A stretch of DNA of 16,415 bases from Bacteriovoracaceae bacterium (GTDB lineage: Bacteria > Bdellovibrionota > Bacteriovoracia > Bacteriovoracales > Bacteriovoracaceae), in the NCBI GenBank assembly GCA_049599895.1, contig JBMYPC010000067.1:1-16415 (forward strand), given 5' to 3'. The notes under the pieces are model-generated. The model was not told the origin of the DNA, did not search any database, and saw only the letters and a program-made list of their open reading frames with translations. Every line of letters begins with the position of its first letter. The stretch's first letter is position 1. Positions 7,746 through 14,807 of this stretch are shown piece by piece. A program made the position numbers and the translations under genes.

Positions 7746-8894
7746 ATGGCAACAAAAACAGCAACTAAGATGGCCAGTAATGATAATACTCAGACCCGAG
7801 AACTTGATGTCGGCGGCCAGATTAAGATTCAACAGCTTTTTAAATTAATGGTTGAAAGTAAGGCCTCTGATTTACATCTTACTGTAGGAAGTCCGCCTGC
7901 GATTAGAGTTCATGGTGAAATTGTCAGGGTTAAAGTTCCCGCTCTTAATGCCAACGATGTCAAAAGATTGGTCTATCAAGTACTTACAGAAGAGCAAAGA
8001 CATGAGTTTGAAAAGAATCTTCAACTCGACTTCTCATTTGGGGTGAAAGGCCTTTCAAGGTTTAGGGGAAATGTTTTTCATTCAAAAAGTTCTGTTGCTG
8101 CAGTCTTTAGAATGATTCCTTCAATTATTCCAGATTTTAAAGATTTAGGTTTACCTAATGTTCTTATCAAAATGGTTAAGGCCGCTAACGGATTAATTCT
8201 CGTGACAGGTCCAACGGGATCAGGGAAGTCGACGACTCTTGCCGCTCTTATTGATTATCTTAACTCTAATGAAGCCGGTCATATTATTACCCTTGAAGAC
8301 CCCATTGAATTTGTTCATCCCCATAAAGTTTCAATCGTTAATCAAAGGGAAATGGGAGCCGATTCTAATAATTTTGGTGATGCCCTTAAGTCACTTCTCA
8401 GACAAGATCCCGATATTGTCTTAGTTGGCGAATTGAGAGATCCCGAAACGATTGAAGCAGCATTGACAGTCGCTGAAACCGGTCACTTAGTCTTTGGAAC
8501 ACTTCACACTAATAACTGTGTTCAAACGATTAATAGAATTATCAATGTCTTTCCGGCCTACCAACAGGATCAAATTCGAACATTACTTTCATTTGTTCTT
8601 CAAGGAGTTGTCTCTCAACAGCTTCTCCCTAAAACATTTGAACCTGGACGAGTTTGTAGTCAGGAAATTCTTATCCCAACCCCAGCGATTCGAAATTTAA
8701 TTCGCGAGAATAAAATCCATCAAATTTATTCTCAAATGCAGATTGGGCAAGAGGATACGGGAATGACAACCATGAACCAAAGTTTAAAAGGTTTTGTGGA
8801 TAAAGGGATAATCGATAAAGAGTCAGCGATGGAATATACTTCAATGCCTGAGGAGCTAATCAAAATGCTTGGACCTGCGGGAAGAAAGTCTTAA
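7746..8894 (+). CDS. pilT: Type IV pilus retraction ATPase PilT
   Basis: ASDLHL, Walker A GPTGSGKST, EDPIEF, LRQDPD, AETGHLVFGTLHT and the diagnostic AIRNLIRE motif. SD GAGAGG 5 nt before the ATG. Confidence 0.97.
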   Translation: MATKTATKMASNDNTQTRELDVGGQIKIQQLFKLMVESKASDLHLTVGSPPAIRVHGEIVRVKVPALNANDVKRLVYQVLTEEQRHEFEKNLQLDFSFGVKGLSRFRGNVFHSKSSVAAVFRMIPSIIPDFKDLGLPNVLIKMVKAANGLILVTGPTGSGKSTTLAALIDYLNSNEAGHIITLEDPIEFVHPHKVSIVNQREMGADSNNFGDALKSLLRQDPDIVLVGELRDPETIEAALTVAETGHLVFGTLHTNNCVQTINRIINVFPAYQQDQIRTLLSFVLQGVVSQQLLPKTFEPGRVCSQEILIPTPAIRNLIRENKIHQIYSQMQIGQEDTGMTTMNQSLKGFVDKGIIDKESAMEYTSMPEELIKMLGPAGRKS

Positions 8895-8902
8895 GACGCG
8901 GC

Positions 8903-8932
8903 TTTACGTTATCAAGGCTTAAGAAGTATACT
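8903..8932 (+). promoter_or_regulatory. Putative internal sigma70-type promoter for pilC
   Basis: TTTACG(8903-8908)-N18-TATACT(8927-8932) in the 69-nt pilT-pilC spacer. The -10 lies inside the palindrome AAGTATACTT. Confidence 0.4.
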
Positions 8933-8963
8933 TAAATAGAGCTGAATTCAGGGAAGAGAAGAA

Positions 8964-10175
8964 ATGCCAAAATATTCCTACGAAGGTGTCGCTGAAGATG
9001 GCGCCCGAGTTAAAGGAAAAATTGACGCTAAAAGTGATAAAGAAGCGAGAAGGCTTTTAAGACAAGAAGGTGTTCGAGCAAAGAAGATTAGCCCTCCCTC
9101 AATTCTTGAGCTTGATCTTGGTGAGTGGATGGTTGATAAAGGTCTCGCGAAGCCTTTTGGACAAGCTGAGCTTCTCAACTTTACTAAACAACTTTCGATA
9201 ATGATCAGCTCTGGAGTCCCTCTTCTTTCAAGCTTAGAGATCATTTATAAGTCCGAAAGAAATCCAAGTTTAAAAAAATCAGTGAAATCCATTGCTTCTG
9301 ATGTTGCAGAAGGGTCTACCATTGCTGATGCCATGAGAAAACAGACGGGATTTTCTAAACTCTATTGCAACCTTGTCAAAGCTGGTGAGGCTGGAGGGGT
9401 TCTGGATAAGATTTTAGAAAAGCTTATGATCCATATGGAGAAGCAAGAGAAAACAAAGAAGGCCATTAAGTCTGCAATGACATATCCTTCGATTGTTTTG
9501 GTTGTGGGGATAGGGGTGATCACTCTTATGATGACCGTTGTCGTTCCCATGATGCAATCGATGTTTCAAGCAAATGAACAAGAGCTTCCAGGAATCACCC
9601 AATTTGTGATAAATACTTCTGAGTTTATGCAAGAAAATATTCTGGTGATGGCCGGGGCTGCAATTGTTTTTGTCGGAGGTTTCCTTTCATGGATTAAAAC
9701 TCCTGCAGGTAAGGAAGTTTTCGACAGGGGAATGATGAAGTTACCAATCTTTGGCATGGTCATTCTTAAAGCAAATCTTGCAGGGTTCTCGAGGACTCTT
9801 TCGACGATGATGGGCTCAGGTGTCCCACTTGTTGATGCCATCGAAATTTGTATTGAAACAATAGATCATGCAGTTATGCAAAAAGATTTAAAAGTCGTGA
9901 GAAAAAAAGTGATTGAAGGAAAGACCCTTGTCGAACCACTTTCTCGAATTCCTTATTTTCCAGAGATGGTCACCCAAATGGTTCGAGTTGGAGAACAGAC
10001 AGGTAATGTTGATACTATGCTTGAAAAAGTTGCAGATGTATTTGAAGACGAAGTTGATGGACTGATTGGAAATTTAACCAAAATGATCGAGCCTTTTATT
10101 ATTGTTTTCTTAGGTGTCTTTGTTGGGGGAATTCTTATTGCCATGTACCTGCCGATCTTTCAAGCTGCAGGATAA
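8964..10175 (+). CDS. pilC: Type IV pilus inner-membrane platform protein PilC (GspF family)
   Basis: FTKQLSIMISSGVPL, AGEAGGVLD, IKSAMTYP, FSRTLSTMMGSGVPL, VGEQTGNVD, IEP and AMYLPIF, with three TM helices. Confidence 0.96.
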   Translation: MPKYSYEGVAEDGARVKGKIDAKSDKEARRLLRQEGVRAKKISPPSILELDLGEWMVDKGLAKPFGQAELLNFTKQLSIMISSGVPLLSSLEIIYKSERNPSLKKSVKSIASDVAEGSTIADAMRKQTGFSKLYCNLVKAGEAGGVLDKILEKLMIHMEKQEKTKKAIKSAMTYPSIVLVVGIGVITLMMTVVVPMMQSMFQANEQELPGITQFVINTSEFMQENILVMAGAAIVFVGGFLSWIKTPAGKEVFDRGMMKLPIFGMVILKANLAGFSRTLSTMMGSGVPLVDAIEICIETIDHAVMQKDLKVVRKKVIEGKTLVEPLSRIPYFPEMVTQMVRVGEQTGNVDTMLEKVADVFEDEVDGLIGNLTKMIEPFIIVFLGVFVGGILIAMYLPIFQAAG

Positions 10176-10243
10176 ACTTACTCTCAAAGTCTTTTCAGAG
10201 ATTCGGTACACAAAAAGAAATATAGATTATGTTTATTTTTTAT

Positions 10244-10274
10244 AAAAAAAGGGCCTTCTTATATTAAGGCCCTT
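10244..10274 (-). terminator. Rho-independent terminator of pilA
   Basis: Minus strand reads AAGGGCCTT-AATATAAG-AAGGCCCTT-TTTTT: perfect 9-bp stem (10249-10257 / 10266-10274) running into a U-tract, 26 nt after the pilA stop. Confidence 0.85.
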
Positions 10275-10300
10275 CTCGCAAAAGAATATGTCATCTACTA

Positions 10301-10987
10301 TTAAAAGCCCTTACAGTTCTCAATAATTTCTTTGTTCTCATTTACTGCGAAATAACTTGCATGTGAAACAGTTTTTCCACCATTCGAAGTCCAAGTAGTG
10401 TTAGTACATTCCCCATCTTCAATTACTTTTGCACTTGAAACACTATCATCACTATCGGCATCAGCGTCAGCATTGGCATAAGCTTCAAAACCATTTGTGA
10501 TTGAATTATAGCTAACCATTTCGGCTGAAATCAGTCCGACCGCACCTGCAACAAAAGTTTGACCATCGTTTGTTGTCCCAATTAAGCCAGCGTCGGCAAC
10601 AGTAGCACCACCAACACTTCTAGCGGCTGTAAAGAATGATCCACCTTCACCATCTGCTGTACAAGTGATACCAGAAGGAGCATCTGTATAAGTAACAGAA
10701 TTAATGAATCCAGTAGTATAGTATCTTTGATCTTTTGTCCCTGATGGGTTGTATCCCATGTCTGCAAGACAGGTGGCATAGACATCAGCATCAGAGAAGA
10801 AGGCAACTTCTGCTGAATAAATTGAAGCAAGATGAAGTTTTGCTTCAGAAGTTTTGGCTTTGGCCTGATACCTCTGAAACGATGGGATCGCAACGGCTGA
10901 AAGAATCCCGATGATGGCAACAACAACCATCAGCTCAACGAGGGTAAAACCTGATTGGGAATTACCTTTCTGGTTTAAAAAGTTCAT
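10301..10987 (-). CDS. pilA: Type IVa major prepilin PilA (228 aa, 215 aa mature)
   Basis: Class III signal ...[25 protein letters not shown] with E5 and P22, then '[19 protein letters not shown]' typical of delta-type pilins. Strong SD AAGGAG, own terminator, and tandem stops TAA TAG TAG, consistent with a highly expressed gene. Confidence 0.93.
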   Translation of the reverse strand: MNFLNQKGNSQSGFTLVELMVVVAIIGILSAVAIPSFQRYQAKAKTSEAKLHLASIYSAEVAFFSDADVYATCLADMGYNPSGTKDQRYYTTGFINSVTYTDAPSGITCTADGEGGSFFTAARSVGGATVADAGLIGTTNDGQTFVAGAVGLISAEMVSYNSITNGFEAYANADADADSDDSVSSAKVIEDGECTNTTWTSNGGKTVSHASYFAVNENKEIIENCKGF

Positions 10988-10992
10988 GTGTT

Positions 10993-10998
10993 CTCCTT
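10993..10998 (-). promoter_or_regulatory. Shine-Dalgarno site of pilA
   Basis: Minus strand AAGGAG-AACAC-ATG. Confidence 0.8.
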
Positions 10999-10999
10999 T

Positions 11000-11029
11000 T
11001 TAATGCATTTGACGATTTAAATGCATTAA
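11000..11029. repeat. Perfect 11-bp inverted repeat abutting the pilA ribosome-binding site
   Basis: TTAATGCATTT(11000-11010)-GACGATTT-AAATGCATTAA(11019-11029). Confidence 0.85.
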
Positions 11030-11120
11030 TTTTTTGAGTTTTAAGATGAAACTTTGTGGTAGTCCTAAAACTTCTCGATTCGAGTTTTAAGTGCACAAGG
11101 CTCACCAAAAATACTTATCT

Positions 11121-11148
11121 AGTATATTTTACGGCATATTTTGAGCAA
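11121..11148 (-). promoter_or_regulatory. Putative sigma70-type promoter for pilA
   Basis: Minus strand TTGCTC(11148-11143)-N16-TATACT(11126-11121), which would give a 5' leader of roughly 125 nt. Confidence 0.35.
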
Positions 11149-11334
11149 GAACTTAGGCTTTTTAAAAAGGTAAAACTTTCCTGATTTTAGTAGTTTGTAG
11201 AGCTTTCTCGAGTATGACCAAGACTGTTTTTTATTAATGTTATTTCTTCAAATTTTCAATATGTTACAGATTTCTTCCATAAAATATTGGCATCATTCCG
11301 GCATAGGTGTTGAGAATATAACCGAGGGATTTTC

Positions 11335-12144
11335 TTAGTTTTGTTTACTAATACCTCGATATTTGAATGGCCTCCATGTTCTAGAGGCTTTAAATCCTTG
11401 AAAAGTTTTAATATATTCAGCACCAAAGAAGTCTGTCCTAGAGCAATTTTTTTGTCTTTTATTAAGGCAGTTGAGATCAATCTCTGCTTTTAATGCATAA
11501 AGAATACTCTGATATTTATCTTTCATTCTTTTTGATTTTGTATTTTGATAAAAAGAAAAAATGCTTTTGAATATGTCTTGAAGGCTTGTTCCTTCTTTCA
11601 ATTTCATTCTCTCAACTAAAGATTTAAGAGCTGGATACTGAGAAGCGCCTTTGTTAGTTGAAAGGACTGTTTCAAAGTTTTTAATGGCCTCCTCTCTTTT
11701 TCCTAATTCAAAGTAGGCATTAAAACCGGAATGATAGTTGAGGTCAGGGTCTGTGGGAAAAATTCTCAAGCCCTTATGGAAAATACGCTCAGCACCTCTC
11801 TCATCGTCTTTAATAATTGAGAGATACTGCCCTCCCCAAAGATAGGCTTCGTAAAAAAGTGGGTCGAGATCGGTTATTGTTTGAAATCTAAGATACATCC
11901 AAGAATTGAGATCATTACTTTTATAATGTTCAAGATCTGATTCCATAAGAGTTTGGATCCAGATGAGGCTTGAGAATAATCTTTCATTGCCAAGGCTAAT
12001 TGTTCTTAACGCTTCTGAGGAGTAATTTGCTTGTCTTTCTTGTTGAGAGACTTGAATGATGGGTTTAGGAGTGTCAACTTTTATAAAAGAGGCATATAAA
12101 ATGAATCCTACTGCAAAGAATGTTAATAAAAAAGACCGAAGCAT
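11335..12144 (-). CDS. pilG: PilG-like (Myxococcus-type, not the Pseudomonas response regulator) membrane-anchored TPR accessory protein of the PilGHI module
   Basis: N-terminal TM/signal. Pattern 'SLG...L.S.LIW', 'ITDLDPLFYEAY..GG..L', 'A..IF.KG...FP' and 'GFNAYFELG...EA' resembles myxobacterial PilG/Geobacter XapA-type proteins. Located between pilA and the ABC genes. Confidence 0.65.
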   Translation of the reverse strand: MLRSFLLTFFAVGFILYASFIKVDTPKPIIQVSQQERQANYSSEALRTISLGNERLFSSLIWIQTLMESDLEHYKSNDLNSWMYLRFQTITDLDPLFYEAYLWGGQYLSIIKDDERGAERIFHKGLRIFPTDPDLNYHSGFNAYFELGKREEAIKNFETVLSTNKGASQYPALKSLVERMKLKEGTSLQDIFKSIFSFYQNTKSKRMKDKYQSILYALKAEIDLNCLNKRQKNCSRTDFFGAEYIKTFQGFKASRTWRPFKYRGISKQN

Positions 12145-12150
12145 AGACTC

Positions 12151-12179
12151 ATTATGATTTTAATTTCGATTTTAAACAA
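12151..12179 (-). promoter_or_regulatory. Putative sigma70 promoter giving a leaderless pilG-like mRNA
   Basis: Minus strand TTGTTT(12179-12174)-N17-CATAAT(12156-12151)-N6-ATG, with no SD. Confidence 0.45.
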
Positions 12180-12259
12180 GTTCTAGAGAATAGCTGAGGC
12201 TTTAGCTCCATTTCTTTATAGTTCTAAAGTAAAGAAACATAGCCTAAAATAGACTCTAA

Positions 12260-13171
12260 ATGATTGAGTTTAAGAGTATTTCAAAGACATTTCGAACAGA
12301 GTTTTGGAAGCCTGGGTTTAAGGCCCTTGATGAATTGAACTTTAAACTCCAAGCAGGATCTTTAACTGGTTTTCTTGGTGCTAATGGAGCGGGGAAGACA
12401 ACCTCACTTAAGATTCTTTTTCAATTTATTAAAGCTGATCAAGGTGAAGTTCTCTTTGATGAAAGCCTTGGAAGTGACTGGGGAGAGATTCGTTCGAATA
12501 TTGGCTTTGTTCCGGAAAGGCCCTATTTTTATCCACACCTTACGGGAAGAGAGTTTCTCTTTTTTATGGGAGGACTGAATAATGTATCAAAAGCGGAAAT
12601 TAAAAGCTGTATTAACGATTGGGCAGAAAGACTCGGAATAGAGTTTGCTCTCGATCGAAAAGTGAGGGGCTATTCAAAAGGGATGCTTCAAAGAATTGGG
12701 CTGCTTTCTGCTCTTTTAAATAATCCTAAACTTCTGATTCTTGATGAACCTCTTTCGGGGCTTGATCCTCTTGGTCGGACTGAATTAAAAAAATCATTTC
12801 TTGAGTTAAATAAATTAGGCATGACGATATTTTTCTCATCTCATATTGTTTCCGATGTAGAGGAAGTCTGTGAAGATGTGATTGTCATCGATAAAGGAAA
12901 ACTTGTTTATGAAGGAAGCATCCGAGAGGCTCTCGAATCCAAACAAGACACTTCAATAATCATTGAAATACGTCCCAATAATCAGAGCTTTGAAGAATCG
13001 ATTCTTTCAAAGGCGATATCTCAAACAGATGACCTTTTAAGGCTTTCAATTAAGTCTCATGAAGAAAAGGAAAATCTATTAAAAGAAGTGATCGCTGGTG
13101 AAGCGGAGCTTCTGTCTGTTAATAAAGAGAAATTAACCCTTGAGGAGTTTGTTTATCATGTCCGGGGGTAA
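12260..13171 (+). CDS. pilH: ABC transporter ATP-binding protein, PilH-type
   Basis: Walker A GANGAGKTT, 'IGFVPERPYFY', signature YSKGMLQR, Walker B/D-loop LLILDEPLSGLDP and H-loop SSH. Lies upstream of the permease and pilD as in the Myxococcus pilGHID arrangement. Confidence 0.85.
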   Translation: MIEFKSISKTFRTEFWKPGFKALDELNFKLQAGSLTGFLGANGAGKTTSLKILFQFIKADQGEVLFDESLGSDWGEIRSNIGFVPERPYFYPHLTGREFLFFMGGLNNVSKAEIKSCINDWAERLGIEFALDRKVRGYSKGMLQRIGLLSALLNNPKLLILDEPLSGLDPLGRTELKKSFLELNKLGMTIFFSSHIVSDVEEVCEDVIVIDKGKLVYEGSIREALESKQDTSIIIEIRPNNQSFEESILSKAISQTDDLLRLSIKSHEEKENLLKEVIAGEAELLSVNKEKLTLEEFVYHVRG

Positions 13172-13940
13172 CGTCGTTCATAAAACTTTTTTAATCGCAA
13201 AATACACTTTTGTGGAAATTTTCAAAAGTCGAGTGATTTTAAATTGTTTCTTTCTTGGTCTCGCGCTTATTTTATCTGTTTATGTTGCATCTGAGTTCAC
13301 TTATGGGACGCCGTTAAAAGTTGCTTTAGAGTTTGGCTTTGGAATGACTTCATTGTCAGCAATCGCTATTTCAATCTTTCTTGGGACAAATCTTATGTCT
13401 AAGGAGATTGAAAATAGAACGGTCTACAGCATCCTTTCTCGTGATGTTCCAAGATTTTCATTTTATCTTGGGAAGTTTCTGGGTCTCGCGGGAATTATTG
13501 CTCTCAATATCTTGATTCTTTTTTCTCTAACTCTTGGTTTTTATTTTTTTCTCGGTGGGGAAATGAATCAGTTGCTTCTCTTTGCTATCTATTTTTGTTA
13601 TCTCGAAGCTTTAATTCTTTTGGCGTTTGTGATGGGATTTTCTTTAATCACAAATAGTGTTTTAAGTGTGATCTTCACTGTAGGTGTTCTTTTTATGGGT
13701 CATGCAATCCCTAAGGCTTCTGCTTTTATTCTTGGCAAGGGTGGTATTCTCGAATTTCTTTACAAAGCCTCAACTTTTCTTGTTCCCAATCTTGATCTTT
13801 TGAATATTAAGCAACATCTGATCTATAAAGAATTTCTTTCCACTGAATACCTGTTGAGAAGTACAACTTATGGACATTGTTATTTATTGGGGATTGTGAT
13901 GCTGTCCATATTTCTTTTTCATAAAAAGAGTCTTGATTAA
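13158..13940 (+). CDS. pilI: ABC-2 type permease, PilI-type
   Basis: About six TM helices and the motif KEIENRTVYSILSRDVPR..FYLGKFLG. Start reassigned from TTG 13140 to ATG 13158, which has GAGGAG at 13142-13147 and overlaps the pilH end by 14 nt. Confidence 0.8.
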   Translation: MSGGNVVHKTFLIAKYTFVEIFKSRVILNCFFLGLALILSVYVASEFTYGTPLKVALEFGFGMTSLSAIAISIFLGTNLMSKEIENRTVYSILSRDVPRFSFYLGKFLGLAGIIALNILILFSLTLGFYFFLGGEMNQLLLFAIYFCYLEALILLAFVMGFSLITNSVLSVIFTVGVLFMGHAIPKASAFILGKGGILEFLYKASTFLVPNLDLLNIKQHLIYKEFLSTEYLLRSTTYGHCYLLGIVMLSIFLFHKKSLD

Positions 13941-14716
13941 TGGATATCGTATTTTTTTATAAAGTTGTCGCAACAATTTTTGGAGCAATGATCGGGAGTT
14001 TTCTCAATGCCGTTATTTACAGGCTTCCTCGGAAAATCTCCTTTGTCGCACCTCGATCAAAATGTCCCCATTGTTCAAAAGTAATTACTTGGTATGAGAA
14101 TATTCCTGTTTTGAGCTTTCTTTTTCTAAGAGGGAAATGTTCAAACTGTAAGACAAAGATTTCTTTTCGTTATCCGTTTGTTGAGATGTTAATAGCAGTT
14201 TCTGCTTATTTTCTTTTTCCATCGACCCTCTCTGGACTCACTATTGGGGTTTTTGCCTTTAACCTTATGGTTCTTGCTCTCTTCGTTGTTCACATTTTTA
14301 TTGATCTCGATTTTAAAATTCTTCCCGATAGCATTAACCTTATCCTTGGAATTCTCTTTTTTAGTTATTCGGTGATTTTTCAGGGATGGCAGTTTCTTAT
14401 TCTTGGTGGAGTCGTTGGTTTTTTGATTCCCTTTTTAGTGACCTACGCTTTTTACAAAATTAAAGGCCAGATTGGTCTTGGTGGCGGTGATATAAAACTT
14501 TATACAGCACTTGGATTAATCCTTGGTCCTATAGGAGTTATCCACAATATCTTCTTAAGCTGCTTTCTTGGTTCAATAATTGGAATTGTTCTCATTCTTT
14601 TTAAGAAAATGACGAAAGACAATCCCATGCCCTTTGGTCCTTCGATAATTCTTGTGGCGATTTTTCAACTTTTCTTTCCCGGATGGTATGGAAGTTTGAT
14701 GAGTTTTATTCTTTAA
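13940..14716 (+). CDS. pilD: Prepilin peptidase / N-methyltransferase PilD
   Basis: GSFLNAVIYRLP, PRSKCPHC...WYENIPVLS...GKCSNC zinc site, catalytic IDLD..ILPD and GGGDIKL, and C-terminal PFGP. Coupled to pilI by TAATG. Confidence 0.96.
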   Translation: MDIVFFYKVVATIFGAMIGSFLNAVIYRLPRKISFVAPRSKCPHCSKVITWYENIPVLSFLFLRGKCSNCKTKISFRYPFVEMLIAVSAYFLFPSTLSGLTIGVFAFNLMVLALFVVHIFIDLDFKILPDSINLILGILFFSYSVIFQGWQFLILGGVVGFLIPFLVTYAFYKIKGQIGLGGGDIKLYTALGLILGPIGVIHNIFLSCFLGSIIGIVLILFKKMTKDNPMPFGPSIILVAIFQLFFPGWYGSLMSFIL

Positions 14717-14729
14717 AACCACCTCAAAT

Positions 14730-14759
14730 TGGACAACCATTTTGACTTGAAGCTATAAT
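14730..14759 (+). promoter_or_regulatory. Putative sigma70 promoter for pilMN
   Basis: TGGACA(14730-14735)-N18-TATAAT(14754-14759) in the 91-nt pilD-pilM spacer. Confidence 0.5.
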
Positions 14760-14807
14760 TGTCTAGAATTAAAAGAATTTAATTCCGACAAAAAAAGGCG
14801 GGTAAGT

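Noticed and set aside
8978..10144. Series of antisense ORFs across pilC (and similar ones in batA, batB, batD, ribF, aroE, pilB, pilM)
   Set aside because: Shadow ORFs fully overlapping well-supported genes, with no recognisable motifs.
10236..10249. Palindrome TTTTTTATAAAAAA
   Set aside because: Low-complexity AT sequence that includes the terminator U-tract.
10582..10926. 114-aa same-strand alternate-frame ORF inside pilA
   Set aside because: Leu/Gln-rich translation is what a frame shift over GCT/ACT/GCA codons produces. No SD or motif.
11287..11304. Sigma54-like TTGGCATCATTCCGGCA (and CGGCATATTTTGAGC at 11132-11146) on the + strand
   Set aside because: GG-N10-GC spacing is right, but the -12 lacks TTGC and both point away from pilA, antisense to pilG. 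Cannot be told from chance.
11256..11480. 74-aa minus-strand ORF overlapping the pilG 3' end
   Set aside because: Mostly out of frame within pilG, with no motif or SD.
10176..12259. Phase-variable invertible pilA switch or pilin cassette system
   Set aside because: No recombinase, no long inverted repeats bracketing the segment and no silent pilin copies in the window.
13140..13157. TTG start for pilI from the ORF track
   Set aside because: ATG at 13158 has a GAGGAG SD and a smaller overlap with pilH.
14742..14759. TTGACT...TATAAT near-consensus pair upstream of pilM
   Set aside because: Only 6 nt apart. TGGACA at 18-nt spacing is the workable -35.
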